From: an uncultured delta proteobacterium
GTDB lineage: Bacteria > Desulfobacterota > Desulfuromonadia > Desulfuromonadales > JACZKF01
Reading direction: 5' to 3'
DNA: 64,000 nucleotides
Assembly (NCBI GenBank): GCA_963816395.1
Contig: CAWFKQ010000001.1
Span: 1 to 64,000, forward strand
Numbering within the stretch: the first letter of the stretch is position 1; every line of letters begins with the position of its first letter. The translations under genes were made by a program, and so were the position numbers. Under the pieces are notes generated by a model that was not told the DNA's origin, made no database searches, and saw only the letters and a list, made by a program, of their open reading frames with translations. This document shows, piece by piece, positions 1 to 12,579 of this stretch.

Positions 1-747
1 TGACCCACTGCACGGCCATGCGGAACGGCTTCTCCCGCAGCTCCTCGGCGACCTCGACACTCTCCAGGTAGTCCATCAGGGTCGGCCCCTGGTACCAGGG
101 CATATTGTCGCCGTGGCCGATGATATTGTCCCCCTGCAGGGCGGAGAGGGGGATGGCGGCGATCTCTTCGAACCCCAGGGCGGCGGCGAAGGCGGCGTAC
201 TCCCGGCGGATCTGCTCGAAGCGCTCGGCGCGTAGCCGACCAGGTCCATCTTGTTGATCGCCAGCACCACCTTCTTGATCCCCACCAGCGAGACCAGGTA
301 GCTGTGGCGCCGGGTCTGGGTCAAAACCCCCTTGCGGGCGTCGATGAGGATGACCGCCACCTGGGCGGTGGAGGCGCCGGTGACCATGTTGCGGGTGTAC
401 TGCTCGTGCCCGGGGGTGTCGGCGACGATGAACTTGCGCTTGTCGGTGGAGAAGAAGCGGTAGGCGACGTCGATGGTGATCCCCTGCTCGCGCTCGGCCT
501 GCAGCCCGTCGAGCAGCAGGGCGTAGTCGATGGCCTCCCCTTGCGTGCCGCAGCGCTTGCTGTCGGCTTCCAGCGCCGCCAGCTGGTCCTCGAAGATCAT
601 CTTCGAATCCCACAGCAGCCGCCCGATCAGGGTGCTCTTGCCGTCGTCGACGCTGCCGCAGGTGATGAAGCGCAGCATCGACTTTTCTTCCTGCGGTTTC
701 AGGTAGGCGTGGATGTCGGAGGCGATGAGTTCGGATTGGTGGGACAT
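1..747 (-). CDS. cysN: Sulfate adenylyltransferase subunit 1 (GTPase CysN), 5' part; frameshift near 235; runs off the window
   Basis: [49 protein letters not shown] and NKMD GTPase motifs. Confidence 0.95.
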
Positions 748-761
748 TGAAAAACTCCGTT

Positions 762-870
762 TCGCGGTACGCGGTTCTCGGGACGCGAAGGTCAAAGGCG
801 GCAATCAGAGGCGCGGGACGCGAAAGGGTTCTGACTTCCTCGTACCGCGTCACTCGTACCGCGCCCCCGC
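762..870. repeat. Intergenic heptamer-based inverted repeat (CGCGGTA / TACCGCG units)
   Basis: tcgcggtacgcggttctcgggacgcg ... cgtaccgcgtcactcgtaccgcg between cysD and cysN. Confidence 0.55.
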
Positions 871-873
871 TTT

Positions 874-1829
874 TCAGAAGTACCCTTCCTGTTTCTTCTT
901 CTCCATGCTCCCCGCCTGATCGTGGTCGATGAGCCGTCCCTGCCTCTCGCTGGTGCGGGTGAGGAGCATCTCCTGGATGATCTCCGGCAGGGTGGCGGCG
1001 GTCGATTCGACGGCGGCGGTCAGGGGTAGCAGCCGAGGGTGCGAAAGCGCACCGATTTGTACTGCACCTGCTCGCCGGGCTTGAGCTGGAGCCGCTCGTC
1101 GTCGACCAGGATCAGCATGCCGTCGCGCTCGACCACCGGCCGCACCTTGGCGTAGTAGAGCGGCACGATGGGGATCTGCTCCAGGGTGATGTACTGCCAG
1201 ATGTCGAGCTCGGTCCAGTTGGACAGGGGAAAGGCGCGGATGCTCTCGCCGGGCTTGACCCGGGCGTTGTACAGGTTCCACAGCTCGGGGCGCTGGCTCT
1301 TCGGGTCCCAGCGGTGGCTGGCGGTGCGGAAGGAGAAGATGCGCTCCTTGGCCCGGCTCTTCTCCTCGTCGCGGCGCGCCCCGCCGAAGGCGGCGTCGAA
1401 CTTGTATTGGTCCAGCGCCTGCTTGAGCCCCTCGGTCTTCATCACGTCGGTGTACAGGGCGCTGCCGTGGGTGAAGGGGTTGATCCCCTGGCGCACCCCC
1501 TCCTGGTTGGTGTGCAGCAGCAGCTCGAAGCCGTGCTCGCGCGCCATGCGGTCGCGAAATTCGATCATCTCCCGGAACTTCCAGGTGGTGTCGACGTGCA
1601 GCAGGGGAAAGGGGATCTTCGCCGGGTAGAAGGCCTTGCGCGCCAGGTGCAGCATGACCGAGGAGTCCTTGCCGATGGAGTAGAGCATCACCGGCTTTTC
1701 GAACTCGGCGGCCACCTCGCGCAGGATGTGGATGCTTTCGGCTTCGAGCTGGCGCAGGTGGGTCAGCGGTGCGAGGCCGGCGGGCTCAAGCGGATCTGTT
1801 GCAAAGTTGCGGATGGCCAGAGCGGTCAT
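874..1829 (-). CDS. cysD: Sulfate adenylyltransferase subunit 2 CysD (frameshift near 1022)
   Basis: [46 protein letters not shown]-terminus SERQGRLID...[11 protein letters not shown] in an adjacent frame. Confidence 0.95.
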
Positions 1830-1916
1830 AATCCAATCGCCTTTCACTGCAAGACCTCTTTTTCACCACTGACGGGTGGTGAAAGAATTTTTCCTGAATT
1901 TTTAAAAAACAGCGTC

Positions 1917-2619
1917 CTAACGATGCAGTCCGCACTCTTTGTGCTCCGGGTCCTCCCACCACCAGCGCCCGGCGCGGGAGGGCTCCCCCGCCTGGATCGC
2001 CCGGGTGCAGGGGGCGCAGCCGATAGAGGGATAGCCCTGGCGGTGCAGCCGGTTTACCGGCAGTCGGCGGCGTCGGCGTAGGCCCACAATTCTCTTCGGT
2101 CCAGGAAACCAGGGGGTTGACCTTGAGGATGCCTCCGTGTGCCGCGTCGATCTCCAGCGGGGCGATGCCACCCCGGGTCACGCTCTGCTCCCGGCGCAGG
2201 CCGGTGATCCAGCCGGTGAGTCCGGCCAGGGCTCGGGCCAGCGGCTCCACCTTGCGGATATGGCAGCACTCGTGACGGCTTGCCAGGCTTTCATAAAAGG
2301 AGAACAGCCCCTTTTCCCGCTCCAGTTTCTCCACCTCCTGCCGTTGCGGAAAATACCAGTCGATGTTTACCCGGTAACGCTCCCGCACCGCCTCCGCCGC
2401 CTGGTAGGTTTCTTCGTTGAGGCGGCCGGTATCTATGGCGAAAATGCCGATCTCCAGCTCCGCTTCCCGGGCGATGTCGATGAGCGCCACGTCTTCCACG
2501 GAGAAAGAGCAGGCCAGGGCAACCGGGCCGCCGGCGGCGGCAAGACCGGCCCGCAGAATTCCCAGGGGATCGGTAGTGTTCAGGGTGGGAAGGGGACGGT
2601 GCATGGTGGCAGCAGTCAT
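1917..2619 (-). CDS. cysH: APS/PAPS reductase CysH (Fe-S type; frameshift near 2070-2095)
   Basis: [37 protein letters not shown] and RAGRWWWE...KECGLH across two frames. Confidence 0.92.
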
Positions 2620-2629
2620 TGAATTCTCC

Positions 2630-2854
2630 TCAGATGATGTACTCGGGCTCTGGCGTTTTGCGCCCGAAGGAGACACGGTTCCAAATTCGCTCGTGGAGGA
2701 AATAAACGAAGAATTTGATGGTGGTGTCGGCCAGTGCGACAGTGGCGGCGAACTCCCCTTTCCCGGTCAGGAGATATACCAGGGTGGTTGTGATAAGGGT
2801 GGCCCAGATTCGCCAGGAAAGGGCCTTGAACAGGCTGCGGCGGGTCGATTCCAC
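2630..2854 (-). CDS. DUF2061 family small membrane protein
   Basis: ESTRRSLFKALSWR...YFLHERIWNRVSFG signature; first gene of the cys operon. Confidence 0.8.
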   Translation of the reverse strand: MESTRRSLFKALSWRIWATLITTTLVYLLTGKGEFAATVALADTTIKFFVYFLHERIWNRVSFGRKTPEPEYII

Positions 2855-2973
2855 GGAAATTCATCACTCCTGTAAAGAAAGAAAAAACACTTGCCCAAAT
2901 TCTTAATCGAAATGGTGGAATTTGTCAAATAAAAAAAGTACATAAAAATAGTAAATAAAATTGCGTATTATTT

Positions 2974-2995
2974 TACTACTAGTATAGCAGTAGTA
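2974..2995. promoter_or_regulatory. Candidate operator palindrome upstream of the cys operon
   Basis: TACTACT-N8-AGTAGTA in an AT-rich spacer; minus-strand TTGACA at 2923-2928. Confidence 0.35.
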
Positions 2996-3186
2996 TGAAT
3001 TTTTTGTGAATAAACGAAGAAAAGCCAAGAGAAGGGCAGGCGGGAGAGGGGGAGAAGGGCGGGTTCGTTTGACTCCACTCCCGGGAAAGTTATACTATTA
3101 TATAAAAGAATTTACCGGGGAGCTGGACGCAGCCTCCCCTCTTCGCCCTGGATACTGCCCTCCTGGTTTCCAGGGTGTTTTTTTAA

Positions 3187-3228
3187 CGACAAAGACGGCC
3201 GCCCGGGTTGGGGCGGCCGTCTTTGTCG
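3187..3228. terminator. Long hairpin, probable terminator after the Rrf2 gene
   Basis: cgacaaagacggccgccc-loop-gggcggccgtctttgtcg. Confidence 0.6.
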
Positions 3229-3247
3229 AGCTGGAAAGTGGGGATTG

Positions 3248-3694
3248 TCAGCGGTTGGCGGCCCGAGCACAAAGCTGCCGGAGATTCTCCTCCTCCTGGC
3301 CGACCAGTCGGGCAAAGGTATATTTGCCCAGAACGCCCAGCATTTCCTCACGGACTTCCTTCCACGCCCCATGCATGGGGCAGAAAACGTCTTTCTCGCA
3401 GATCCCCGGCTGCTCCAGGCACGAGTTGAGATAAAGGGGGCCCTCCTCCGCCCGTACCACATCCAGGAGGGTGAATTCGGCGGGATCCCTGACCAGGAAA
3501 AAACCGCCCCCCACTCCTCGCTGCGAACCGACGATGCCGATCTTGATCAGCGGCTGGAGGATTTTGGTGAGAAAAGCCGGAGTAATATCTTGTGTCTTAC
3601 AGATGTCACGCTTGTAAACGATTTCGCCGCGCGGCTGCTTGGCCAGGTAGAGCAGAGCGCGGAGAGCGTATTCGGTGGCGCGGGTGATGACCAT
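3248..3694 (-). CDS. Rrf2 family transcriptional regulator (IscR/CymR-like, 3 Cys + His)
   Basis: ITRATEYALRAL, SQRGVGGGF, C-x6-C-x5-C-PMH. Confidence 0.9.
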   Translation of the reverse strand: MVITRATEYALRALLYLAKQPRGEIVYKRDICKTQDITPAFLTKILQPLIKIGIVGSQRGVGGGFFLVRDPAEFTLLDVVRAEEGPLYLNSCLEQPGICEKDVFCPMHGAWKEVREEMLGVLGKYTFARLVGQEEENLRQLCARAANR

Positions 3695-3846
3695 CTTTCC
3701 TCCTGATTGTTTACCGTACTGGTAATGAGTACCTGCGGAGTGGTTATTTGTCAACGGAAAATTAGGATATTGCCAGCCGGATTGCAGTATTGACATCCCC
3801 GGATCTAACCGGGCATCATGGACCGGCCTGCTGCTCCGGGATTTTC

Positions 3847-4785
3847 ATGATGACCGCGGAACAACTATCCACCGGCCGGTTTGCTCCCAGTCCCACCGGT
3901 CCTCTCCATTTCGGTTCCCTGGTGACGGCGGTCGGCAGCTACTGCCTGGCCCGCCGGACGGGTGGGCGATGGCTGGTGCGCATCGAGGACCTCGATGCGC
4001 CGCGGGTGGTCCCTGGCGCCGCCAGTGAAATCCTGCGCACCCTGGAATCCCTCGCCCTGGAGTGGGACGGGGAAATTCTCTGGCAGAGCCGGCGCTCCGC
4101 GCGCTATGAGGAGGCTTTGGCCAGCCTGCGGGAAAAGGGGTTGGTCTTTCCCTGCGCCTGTTCCCGCCGGGAAATTCTGGCCAGCGCCCCCCATGGCGCA
4201 GAGGAGGGGCCCATCTACCCCGGAACCTGCCGTTCCGGGATGGCGCCGGGCCGCCGTCCCCGTGCCCTGCGCCTGCGCGTGCCGGCGGAGACGGTCTGTT
4301 TCACCGACGGCGTGTTCGGTCCGCTGGCCCAGGACCTGGCCGCCGGCGTCGGTGACTTCGTCCTGCACCGGGCCGACGGTCTGTTTGCCTACCAGCTGGC
4401 GGTGGTGGTCGACGATGCCGACAGCGGCATCGACCAGGTGGTGCGCGGAGAAGATCTGCTCGCTTCCACTCCCCGGCAGATCTATCTCCATGCCTGCCTC
4501 GGGACTCCCGCCCCTCACTACATTCATCTTCCCCTGGCCCTGACCCCGGACGGCAGGAAGATCAGCAAACGTGACGGGGCGGTTGGGGTGGCGGACTCAG
4601 CCGGGTTGTGGCGGGCGCTGCGCTTTCTCGGGCAGAATATTCCGGAAGAGATGCGGCGGGCAGCTCCCAGGGCGATACTTGCCTGGGGTATTGCCCACTT
4701 CGATCTCTCCCAGGTGCCCGTCCGCTCCCGGACAATGCCCACAGAGGATGGCGAGCAGGTCGCCGCAGCCGACTGCAGCGGGTAA
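3847..4785 (+). CDS. gluQ: Glutamyl-Q tRNA(Asp) synthetase
   Basis: GRFAPSPTGPLHFGS, RIEDLD, CxCSR, YQLAVVVDD, KISKR; no anticodon-binding domain. Confidence 0.9.
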   Translation: MMTAEQLSTGRFAPSPTGPLHFGSLVTAVGSYCLARRTGGRWLVRIEDLDAPRVVPGAASEILRTLESLALEWDGEILWQSRRSARYEEALASLREKGLVFPCACSRREILASAPHGAEEGPIYPGTCRSGMAPGRRPRALRLRVPAETVCFTDGVFGPLAQDLAAGVGDFVLHRADGLFAYQLAVVVDDADSGIDQVVRGEDLLASTPRQIYLHACLGTPAPHYIHLPLALTPDGRKISKRDGAVGVADSAGLWRALRFLGQNIPEEMRRAAPRAILAWGIAHFDLSQVPVRSRTMPTEDGEQVAAADCSG

Positions 4786-4861
4786 GCCACCTTCTTCTCC
4801 GCTGGCAGTCGAAGTGAAATTGCCCCCTATTTTTTTACCCCGAATCAAGGAGAGTACAGGG

Positions 4862-5665
4862 ATGCGTCGATTGGTCTGGTTTCTGCTTCCTCTGCTGCTG
4901 CTGGGCTGCGCCGGAGGGGCCTACAAGATGCCCAAGGAAGAATATCGGGAACGGGTGCGGACCCTGGGTGTCCTGCCCCTGATGGTGGATGCCGGTTCCA
5001 CCATAAACCACCCGGAGCGGCAGCAGGTGATCGATCTGCTGCGGCGGCAGAGCGCCGGCAAGGAAGATGAGCTGATCGCCATGCTCCGGGCGCAGAAAGG
5101 CTATTTCGATGTGCGCGGCTGCAAAGGTGATCCGCAGCAGCTCTTCGCCCGACTGGTCAAGGGAAGCTCCCTGCGCGGCAAAGGGGCGTCCATGTACCGG
5201 CGCTACCAGTTCGACTCTGCTGCCGCTGCCGAGCTTGCCTCCAGCAACGTGGTGGATGGTCTCCTGGTGGTGATCTTGAACGGCGTCGAACGCACCGAAA
5301 CCCGCCGGGACCGCGGTCCGCTTCTCGCCTATCTGGAGGCCCCTTACAACTCCATACTGGTGACCGCCGCGGTTGTTCTGCCTTCCGGCGAGATCGCCTG
5401 GGAATCTCCGAGCGGCCCCGGCGAGAATTTTCTCAACCTGCAGTACCCAGCCTTCGACGAGGCCTTCTATGACAAGACCGACGAGGTGAAAATCAAGTAC
5501 ATCTCGCTGGGTGGGCTCGAGCGCACCCTGGCCGAACCGGACAATGCCCTTTTCGGGAGCAAAAAATTGCCGCGGCCCTATGGTGGACTGTTCGAGAAGA
5601 TCGCTGGCGCCCTTCACCCAGGTTTGCTCAACCCGCTGCACGCCCGGGAGCCAGAGCGCCAGTAA
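4862..5665 (+). CDS. Lipoprotein of unknown function
   Basis: Signal peptide with lipobox LLLGC; AAGGAG RBS upstream. Confidence 0.75.
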   Translation: MRRLVWFLLPLLLLGCAGGAYKMPKEEYRERVRTLGVLPLMVDAGSTINHPERQQVIDLLRRQSAGKEDELIAMLRAQKGYFDVRGCKGDPQQLFARLVKGSSLRGKGASMYRRYQFDSAAAAELASSNVVDGLLVVILNGVERTETRRDRGPLLAYLEAPYNSILVTAAVVLPSGEIAWESPSGPGENFLNLQYPAFDEAFYDKTDEVKIKYISLGGLERTLAEPDNALFGSKKLPRPYGGLFEKIAGALHPGLLNPLHAREPERQ

Positions 5666-5677
5666 CCAGTTTCTCTG

Positions 5678-5716
5678 CCTGCGGCCCGCTATTTTAGCGG
5701 GGCCGCAGGTTTTTTT
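5678..5716 (+). terminator. Rho-independent terminator
   Basis: cctgcggcccgcta-ttt-tagcggggccgcagg followed by T7. Confidence 0.8.
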
Positions 5717-6077
5717 CGGAAATTCCGCTGCTAAGCGGTTGACAATAATGGGCGCGTAGGGTAAATAGTTACAGCAATCAGAATGATTGCCTTACCATCA
5801 GAGCACCTGCTCTAACCCCTTTCGCAAGGTCATCCCGCTTCATTGCTCATAAAAAAGAATTGATAAAACCGATCGCATGCGGGCGTTTTGGGGCGCACAC
5901 CCCATCCCGCCGCTCGCAGAGGAAAAGCCATCTCCCCCCTGTTCTGTGCTGCCATCCCTGAATTCGATTGGCTATAGTTTTGCTGACAACCAGTTGGATC
6001 CCGTGTGACCGCCATGCGCCCCGGATGCCGAAAATCTGCCCTGCCTGCCGCTTGATCCGTACGCCCGAGGAGAACCC

Positions 6078-7325
6078 ATGAACCTGAAGGAATTGAAAGA
6101 GAAAAAAATAACCGATCTGGCGGCGATCGCCAAAGAGCTGAAAGTCGAAGGCGCTGCCGGATTGCGCAAGCAGGACCTGATATTCGCCGTCCTGAACGCC
6201 ACGTCCGAGAAGAACGGGGCGATCTTCGGCGAAGGAGTGCTGGAAATTCTGCCTGATGGCTTCGGCTTTCTGCGGGCACCCGACGCCAACTACCTCCCCG
6301 GCCCGGACGACATCTATGTCTCGCCTTCGCAGATCCGCCGCTTCAACCTGCGCACCGGCGACACCGTTTCCGGGCAGATCCGGCCACCCAAGGAGGGGGA
6401 GCGCTACTTCGCCCTGCTCAAGGTCTCCGAGGTCAACTTCGAGGACCCGGCGGTGGCTCGCGACAAGACGCTGTTCGACAACCTCACCCCCCTGTATCCC
6501 GAAAATCGCATCAAGCTGGAAGCTGCCACCGACAATTTGTCCATGCGGGTGATGGACCTCGCCACCCCCATTGGCAAGGGGCAGCGCGGCCTCATTGTCG
6601 CCCCGCCGCGCACCGGCAAGACGATGCTGCTGCAGAATATCGCCAACTCCATAACCACTAACCACCCCGAGGTTTACCTCATCGTCCTGCTCATCGACGA
6701 ACGCCCGGAAGAAGTGACCGACATGCAGCGCTCGGTGCGGGGCGAGGTGATCTCGTCCACGTTCGACGAGCCGGCTACCCGTCACGTCCAGGTGGCGGAG
6801 ATGGTGATCGAAAAGGCCAAGCGCCTGGTTGAGCACAAGCGCGACGTGGTGATCCTGCTCGACTCCATCACCCGCCTGGCCCGTGCCTACAACACCGTGG
6901 TGCCCCCCTCGGGCAAGATCCTCTCCGGTGGCGTCGATTCCAACGCCCTGCATAAACCGAAGCGCTTCTTCGGCGCCGCCCGCAATATCGAGGAGGGCGG
7001 CAGTCTGACCATTATCGCTACCGCGCTGGTCGACACCGGCAGCAAAATGGACGAGGTCATCTTCGAGGAGTTCAAGGGAACCGGCAACATGGAACTCCAT
7101 CTCGACCGGCGCCTGGTGGATAAGCGGACCTTCCCGGCCATCGACATCAACAAGTCCGGTACCCGGCGCGAGGAGTTGCTGATCGACAAGAACGCTCTGC
7201 AGCGCATCTGGCTGCTGCGCAAGGTTCTCTCCAGCATGAACGTGGTCGATGCCATGGAATTTCTCCTGGAAAAGCTCTCCGAGAACAAGGACAATCAGGA
7301 GTTCCTCGATTCGATGAACCGCTGA
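6078..7325 (+). CDS. rho: Transcription termination factor Rho
   Basis: [45 protein letters not shown]. Confidence 0.99.
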   Translation: MNLKELKEKKITDLAAIAKELKVEGAAGLRKQDLIFAVLNATSEKNGAIFGEGVLEILPDGFGFLRAPDANYLPGPDDIYVSPSQIRRFNLRTGDTVSGQIRPPKEGERYFALLKVSEVNFEDPAVARDKTLFDNLTPLYPENRIKLEAATDNLSMRVMDLATPIGKGQRGLIVAPPRTGKTMLLQNIANSITTNHPEVYLIVLLIDERPEEVTDMQRSVRGEVISSTFDEPATRHVQVAEMVIEKAKRLVEHKRDVVILLDSITRLARAYNTVVPPSGKILSGGVDSNALHKPKRFFGAARNIEEGGSLTIIATALVDTGSKMDEVIFEEFKGTGNMELHLDRRLVDKRTFPAIDINKSGTRREELLIDKNALQRIWLLRKVLSSMNVVDAMEFLLEKLSENKDNQEFLDSMNR

Positions 7326-7434
7326 CCCTTGGCAGAAAAAAGGCTTGATGTCGGCGTGTAAAAATGCTAAATATCTACCTTTGTGCGACTAAACCAACGA
7401 ACGGCCTGTACTTGCCAGGTCAGGGAGATCAGCG

Positions 7435-7644
7435 ATGAGAGAAGGAATTCACCCCAAATACGAAGCGGTGCTGGTCAGATGCCACTGCGGCAACAGCTTC
7501 GAGACCCGTTCCACGAAGAAGGGCGGCGAAATTTTCACCGAGATCTGCTCGGCCTGTCATCCCTTCTTCACCGGCAAGCAGAAATTGATCGACACCGCCG
7601 GCCGCATCGAGCGGTTCCGCAAGAAATACGGGCAGGCGAAATAG
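7435..7644 (+). CDS. rpmE: 50S ribosomal protein L31 (zinc-binding type)
   Basis: MREGIHPKY, Cx[15 protein letters not shown]. Confidence 0.98.
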   Translation: MREGIHPKYEAVLVRCHCGNSFETRSTKKGGEIFTEICSACHPFFTGKQKLIDTAGRIERFRKKYGQAK

Positions 7645-7650
7645 CTGTCG

Positions 7651-7679
7651 GAGACGGCCCTCCGGGGCCGTTTCTTTTT
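7651..7679 (+). terminator. Rho-independent terminator after rpmE
   Basis: gagacggccc-tccg-gggccgtttc followed by T-tract. Confidence 0.7.
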
Positions 7680-7751
7680 ATCCTTTCCCGCTTCCTCCTC
7701 CTCCCCCGATGCTGCCGGTCGCCATGGCCGGCAGGAGGCAGGGCCTGATTC

Positions 7752-8438
7752 ATGCTAGTGCAGCTCCTCTCCCATACCCCCGAGCCGGAGCAGGTTGTCG
7801 CCGCCGCGGCGCGCCTGTGCTATTCGGATTCCTCCATTGGTCAACTCCTGGAAAAAAGCCGTCTCGAGCGGCAGGTGCTGCTGAAGAAAATTTTGGAGAT
7901 GGGGCATCTCTCGGTTCTCGAACATGCCTCCTTTTCCTTCGGCATCGAGGGGATCAGCCGTGCCTGCTCGCACCAACTGGTACGGCATCGGCTGGCCTCC
8001 TATTCTCAGCAGAGTCAGCGGTACGTTTCGCACCGGGAGCCGATCGCCGCCGTCATGCCGCCATCGATCGCCGGCCGACCCGAGCTGCGCGACCGCTTCA
8101 ATACCCTGCTGGCGGAGGTTCAGCGGACCTACCGGGACTTTCTCGAGGCGGGGGTGCCGGCCGAGGATGCCCGCTTCATCCTGCCCAATGCCGCCGAGAC
8201 CAAGATTGTAGTGACGATGAACGCCCGCGAGCTCCTGCACTTCTTCACCCTGCGCTGTTGCCGGCGCGCCCAGTGGGAAATCCGGCTGGTGGCCACGGAA
8301 ATGCTGCGGTTGGCGCGTCGGGCCGCCCCTCTGCTGTTTGCCGGAGCCGGCCCGGGTTGCGTCGGCGGCGCCTGTCCGGAAGGGAAAATGTCCTGCGGAG
8401 CGGCAGCCGAGGTGCGGAAGGAATTTTCTAATTTGTAG
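7752..8438 (+). CDS. thyX: FAD-dependent thymidylate synthase
   Basis: GHLSVLEH, SRACSHQLVRHRLASYSQQSQRY, AQWEIR. Confidence 0.97.
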   Translation: MLVQLLSHTPEPEQVVAAAARLCYSDSSIGQLLEKSRLERQVLLKKILEMGHLSVLEHASFSFGIEGISRACSHQLVRHRLASYSQQSQRYVSHREPIAAVMPPSIAGRPELRDRFNTLLAEVQRTYRDFLEAGVPAEDARFILPNAAETKIVVTMNARELLHFFTLRCCRRAQWEIRLVATEMLRLARRAAPLLFAGAGPGCVGGACPEGKMSCGAAAEVRKEFSNL

Positions 8439-8485
8439 GGGCAGGCCTCTGTCTGCCTCCGGGCGCCCCCCAGGGCCGCTCCTGC
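8435..8485 (+). repeat. GTAG-type REP-like doublet
   Basis: GTAGGGGCaggcctctgtctgcc...gggcgccccccagggccgctcctgc; the TAG is the thyX stop. Confidence 0.5.
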
Positions 8486-8496
8486 CGGGATAATTC

Positions 8497-9564
8497 ATGT
8501 TCGACAAGCTGGAAGAAGTGGTCGACCGGTTCCGGGAAGTAGAGGGTCTTCTCTCCACCCCCGCCGTTACCGTCAATCAGGAAAAATTCCGCGCCCTGAC
8601 CCGCGAGCATGCGGAACTGGCGGAGATCGTCGAGAAGTATGGTCAGTACAAGAAGACTGGCGAGGAGATCGAGGGGAACCACGAACTGCTGCGTGATGCC
8701 GACCCGGAGGTGCGGGAGATGGCCCGGGCCGAACTCCCAGAACTGGAAACCCGCCGGGAGCGGTTGGCGCAGGAGCTGACCCTGCTGCTGCTGCCCAAGG
8801 ATCCCAACGACGCCAGGAACATCATCCTGGAGGTTCGGGCCGGCACCGGTGGCGAGGAGGCCTCCCTGTTCGCCGCCGATCTGTTCCGCATGTATTCCCG
8901 TTATGCCGAGCGGCGTCGCTGGCGGGTGGAGGTGATGAGCGCCGCCGAGTCGGACAGCGGCGGGTTCAAGGAGATCATCGCCCTGATCAGCGGCGAACGG
9001 GTTTACTCACGGCTCAAATACGAGAGCGGCGCCCATCGGGTGCAGCGGGTGCCGGAAACGGAGGCCCAGGGGCGCATTCATACCTCCGCCTGTACGGTGG
9101 CCGTTCTCCCCGAGGCCGAAGATGTCGACCTGGCGATCGATCCTTCCGATCTGCGTATCGATGTCTACCGCGCCTCCGGCGCCGGCGGGCAGCACGTCAA
9201 CAAGACCGAATCTGCGGTGCGCATCACGCATATACCGACCGGCGTTGTCGTTGCCTGCCAGGACGAGAAGTCCCAGCATAAGAACAAGGCCAAGGCGATG
9301 AAGGTCCTCAAGTCGCGAATCCTCGACAGCATGCTTGCCGAGCAGCAGGCACAAGTCGCCGCCGACCGCAAGAGCCAGGTGGGAAGCGGCGACCGCAGCG
9401 AACGCATCCGCACCTACAACTTCCCCCAGGGCCGCTGCACCGATCACCGCATCGGCCTGACCCTTTACCGTCTGGAGAGCATCATGCAGGGAGACCTGGA
9501 TGAGATCATCAATGCCCTGATTACCCATCACCAGGCGGCCGCCCTCTCCAGCCAGGAGATGTGA
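8497..9564 (+). CDS. prfA: Peptide chain release factor 1
   Basis: GGQ motif ([13 protein letters not shown]), RF1-specific PET tripeptide. Confidence 0.98.
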   Translation: MFDKLEEVVDRFREVEGLLSTPAVTVNQEKFRALTREHAELAEIVEKYGQYKKTGEEIEGNHELLRDADPEVREMARAELPELETRRERLAQELTLLLLPKDPNDARNIILEVRAGTGGEEASLFAADLFRMYSRYAERRRWRVEVMSAAESDSGGFKEIIALISGERVYSRLKYESGAHRVQRVPETEAQGRIHTSACTVAVLPEAEDVDLAIDPSDLRIDVYRASGAGGQHVNKTESAVRITHIPTGVVVACQDEKSQHKNKAKAMKVLKSRILDSMLAEQQAQVAADRKSQVGSGDRSERIRTYNFPQGRCTDHRIGLTLYRLESIMQGDLDEIINALITHHQAAALSSQEM

Positions 9565-9565
9565 A

Positions 9566-10415
9566 TTGGCGGAAACCTGGACGGTGCTGCGGCTGCTGCA
9601 GTGGACCGAAGGCTTCTTTCGGGAAAAGGGAATTGCCGAGCCACGGCTCGATGCCCAGGTGCTGCTGGCGGACCTGCTTAGCCTCGATCGGGTCGGACTC
9701 TACCTGAATTACGACCGCCCCCTGGTGCCCGAGGAGCTGACGGAGTTCCGCCAGCGGGTCGGCCGGCGAGGGCGGCGCGAGCCGCTCCAGTATATACTCG
9801 GGCGGGCCGAGTTCTGGTCCCTGTCTTTCCAGGTCACCCCGGCCGTCCTCATTCCCCGGGCCGACACTGAAATACTGGTGGAAGAGGCTCTGCTGCGAGC
9901 CCCGGCAACGGCCGCCATTCTCGATGTGGGAACCGGCAGCGGCGCCCTTGCCGTCGCTCTCGCCTGCGAATTGCCTAGCTGCATCGATAACCGCCATCGA
10001 CCTGTCACCCGAGGCTCTGGCGATAGCGGCGGAGAACGCCGGAAGGCACGGAGCGGCGGAGCGGATTGCTTTTCTGCAGGCCGATCTTGCCGACCTGCCG
10101 GGGGACGGCTATGACCTGCTGGTCGCCAACCCCCCGTATATTCCGGCGGATGAGGTGCTCGGGCTGATGCCCGAGGTCCGCGATTTCGAGCCACATCTGG
10201 CACTAAACGGCGGGGCCGACGGTCTCGATGCCATACGCCAGCTGGTCCGGCAAGCGCCGCAGAAGCTGCGTGCCGGCGGTTGGCTGCTGACCGAAATCGG
10301 CGTCAGCCAAGTAGCAGTGGTTAAGGAATTGTTCTTGCACACCCGCTTGATGGACGTCTTCGTCCGCGACGATTACGCTGGCATCCCCCGGGTAGTCGGG
10401 GGGAGAAAACCTTAA
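9566..10415 (+). CDS. prmC: Release factor glutamine methyltransferase (frameshift near 9980)
   Basis: EPLQYILG, VLIPRADTE, DVGTGSG, NPPY. Confidence 0.95.
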
Positions 10416-10453
10416 CTGACCACTGAGAACCACTTACATTCACGGGCATTCAA

Positions 10454-11709
<1,256 letters not shown>

Positions 11710-11811
11710 ATAAAGACGTAATGTGTGTCATGAGATTGTCATTGCGGAGTCCTTCGGCCCTTACACGTCACATTGCACTCATGACGCATCGACACGATGG
11801 ACAGGATTTAA

Positions 11812-12471
11812 ATGAACGACTGGATCACCTTCGCCCTGCCCAAGGGGCGGATCATGCAGGATTCGATGGCGCTGTTCGCCCGGGTCGGCATCACCTGTCC
11901 GGAAATGGAGGAAGGGGCAAGCCGCAAGCTGGTGTTCGAAAACTCGGAGCATCGCTACCGCTTCATGGCCGTGCGTGCCACCGATGTGCCGACCTATGTC
12001 GAATACGGCTGCGCCGACCTGGGGGTGGTGGGAAAGGATACCCTGCTGGAGCAGGGAAAGGACCTGTACGAGCCCCTCGATCTGCAGTTCGGCTACTGCC
12101 GCCTGGCGGTGGCCGAGCCGAAGGAGCTGCGACAGACCGATGATCCCGCCAGCTGGTCGAATATCCGGGTGGCGACCAAATATCCCAACATCACCGAGCG
12201 CTACTTCGCCGCCAAGGGGATCCAGGTGGAGATCATCAAGCTCTACGGCTCCATCGAGCTGGCGCCGCTGGTGGGGCTGTCCGAGCGTATCGTCGACCTG
12301 GTTTCCACCGGCGCCACCCTGCGGGAGAACGGCATGGTCGAGGTGGAGACGATCGCCGAGATCACCAGCCGGCTGATCGTCAATCGGGCCAGCCTGAAGA
12401 CCAAGCATGTCCGGATCGCCAGGATCATCGAGGATCTGGAGCGGGTGGTGGGGGAGAAAGCTCTTGCATAG
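11812..12471 (+). CDS. hisG: ATP phosphoribosyltransferase (short form)
   Basis: ALPKGR, DVPTYV, ATKYPN, GSIELAP, IVDLVSTGATL. Confidence 0.97.
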   Translation: MNDWITFALPKGRIMQDSMALFARVGITCPEMEEGASRKLVFENSEHRYRFMAVRATDVPTYVEYGCADLGVVGKDTLLEQGKDLYEPLDLQFGYCRLAVAEPKELRQTDDPASWSNIRVATKYPNITERYFAAKGIQVEIIKLYGSIELAPLVGLSERIVDLVSTGATLRENGMVEVETIAEITSRLIVNRASLKTKHVRIARIIEDLERVVGEKALA

Positions 12472-12483
12472 GGCAGGCTTTTT

Positions 12484-12560
12484 ACGCAAGACGCAAAGGA
12501 AAAAGATAAGTCGCAAAGCCTTTGCGCCTTGGTTTAAACCTTTGCGCCTTTGCGTTGGGG
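12484..12560. repeat. Intergenic octamer inverted repeat (ACGCAAAG / CTTTGCGC)
   Basis: acgcaagacgcaaagg...cctttgcgccttgg...cctttgcgcctttgcgtt. Confidence 0.65.
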
Positions 12561-12579
12561 GATTTGTATTGGAGGTTCC

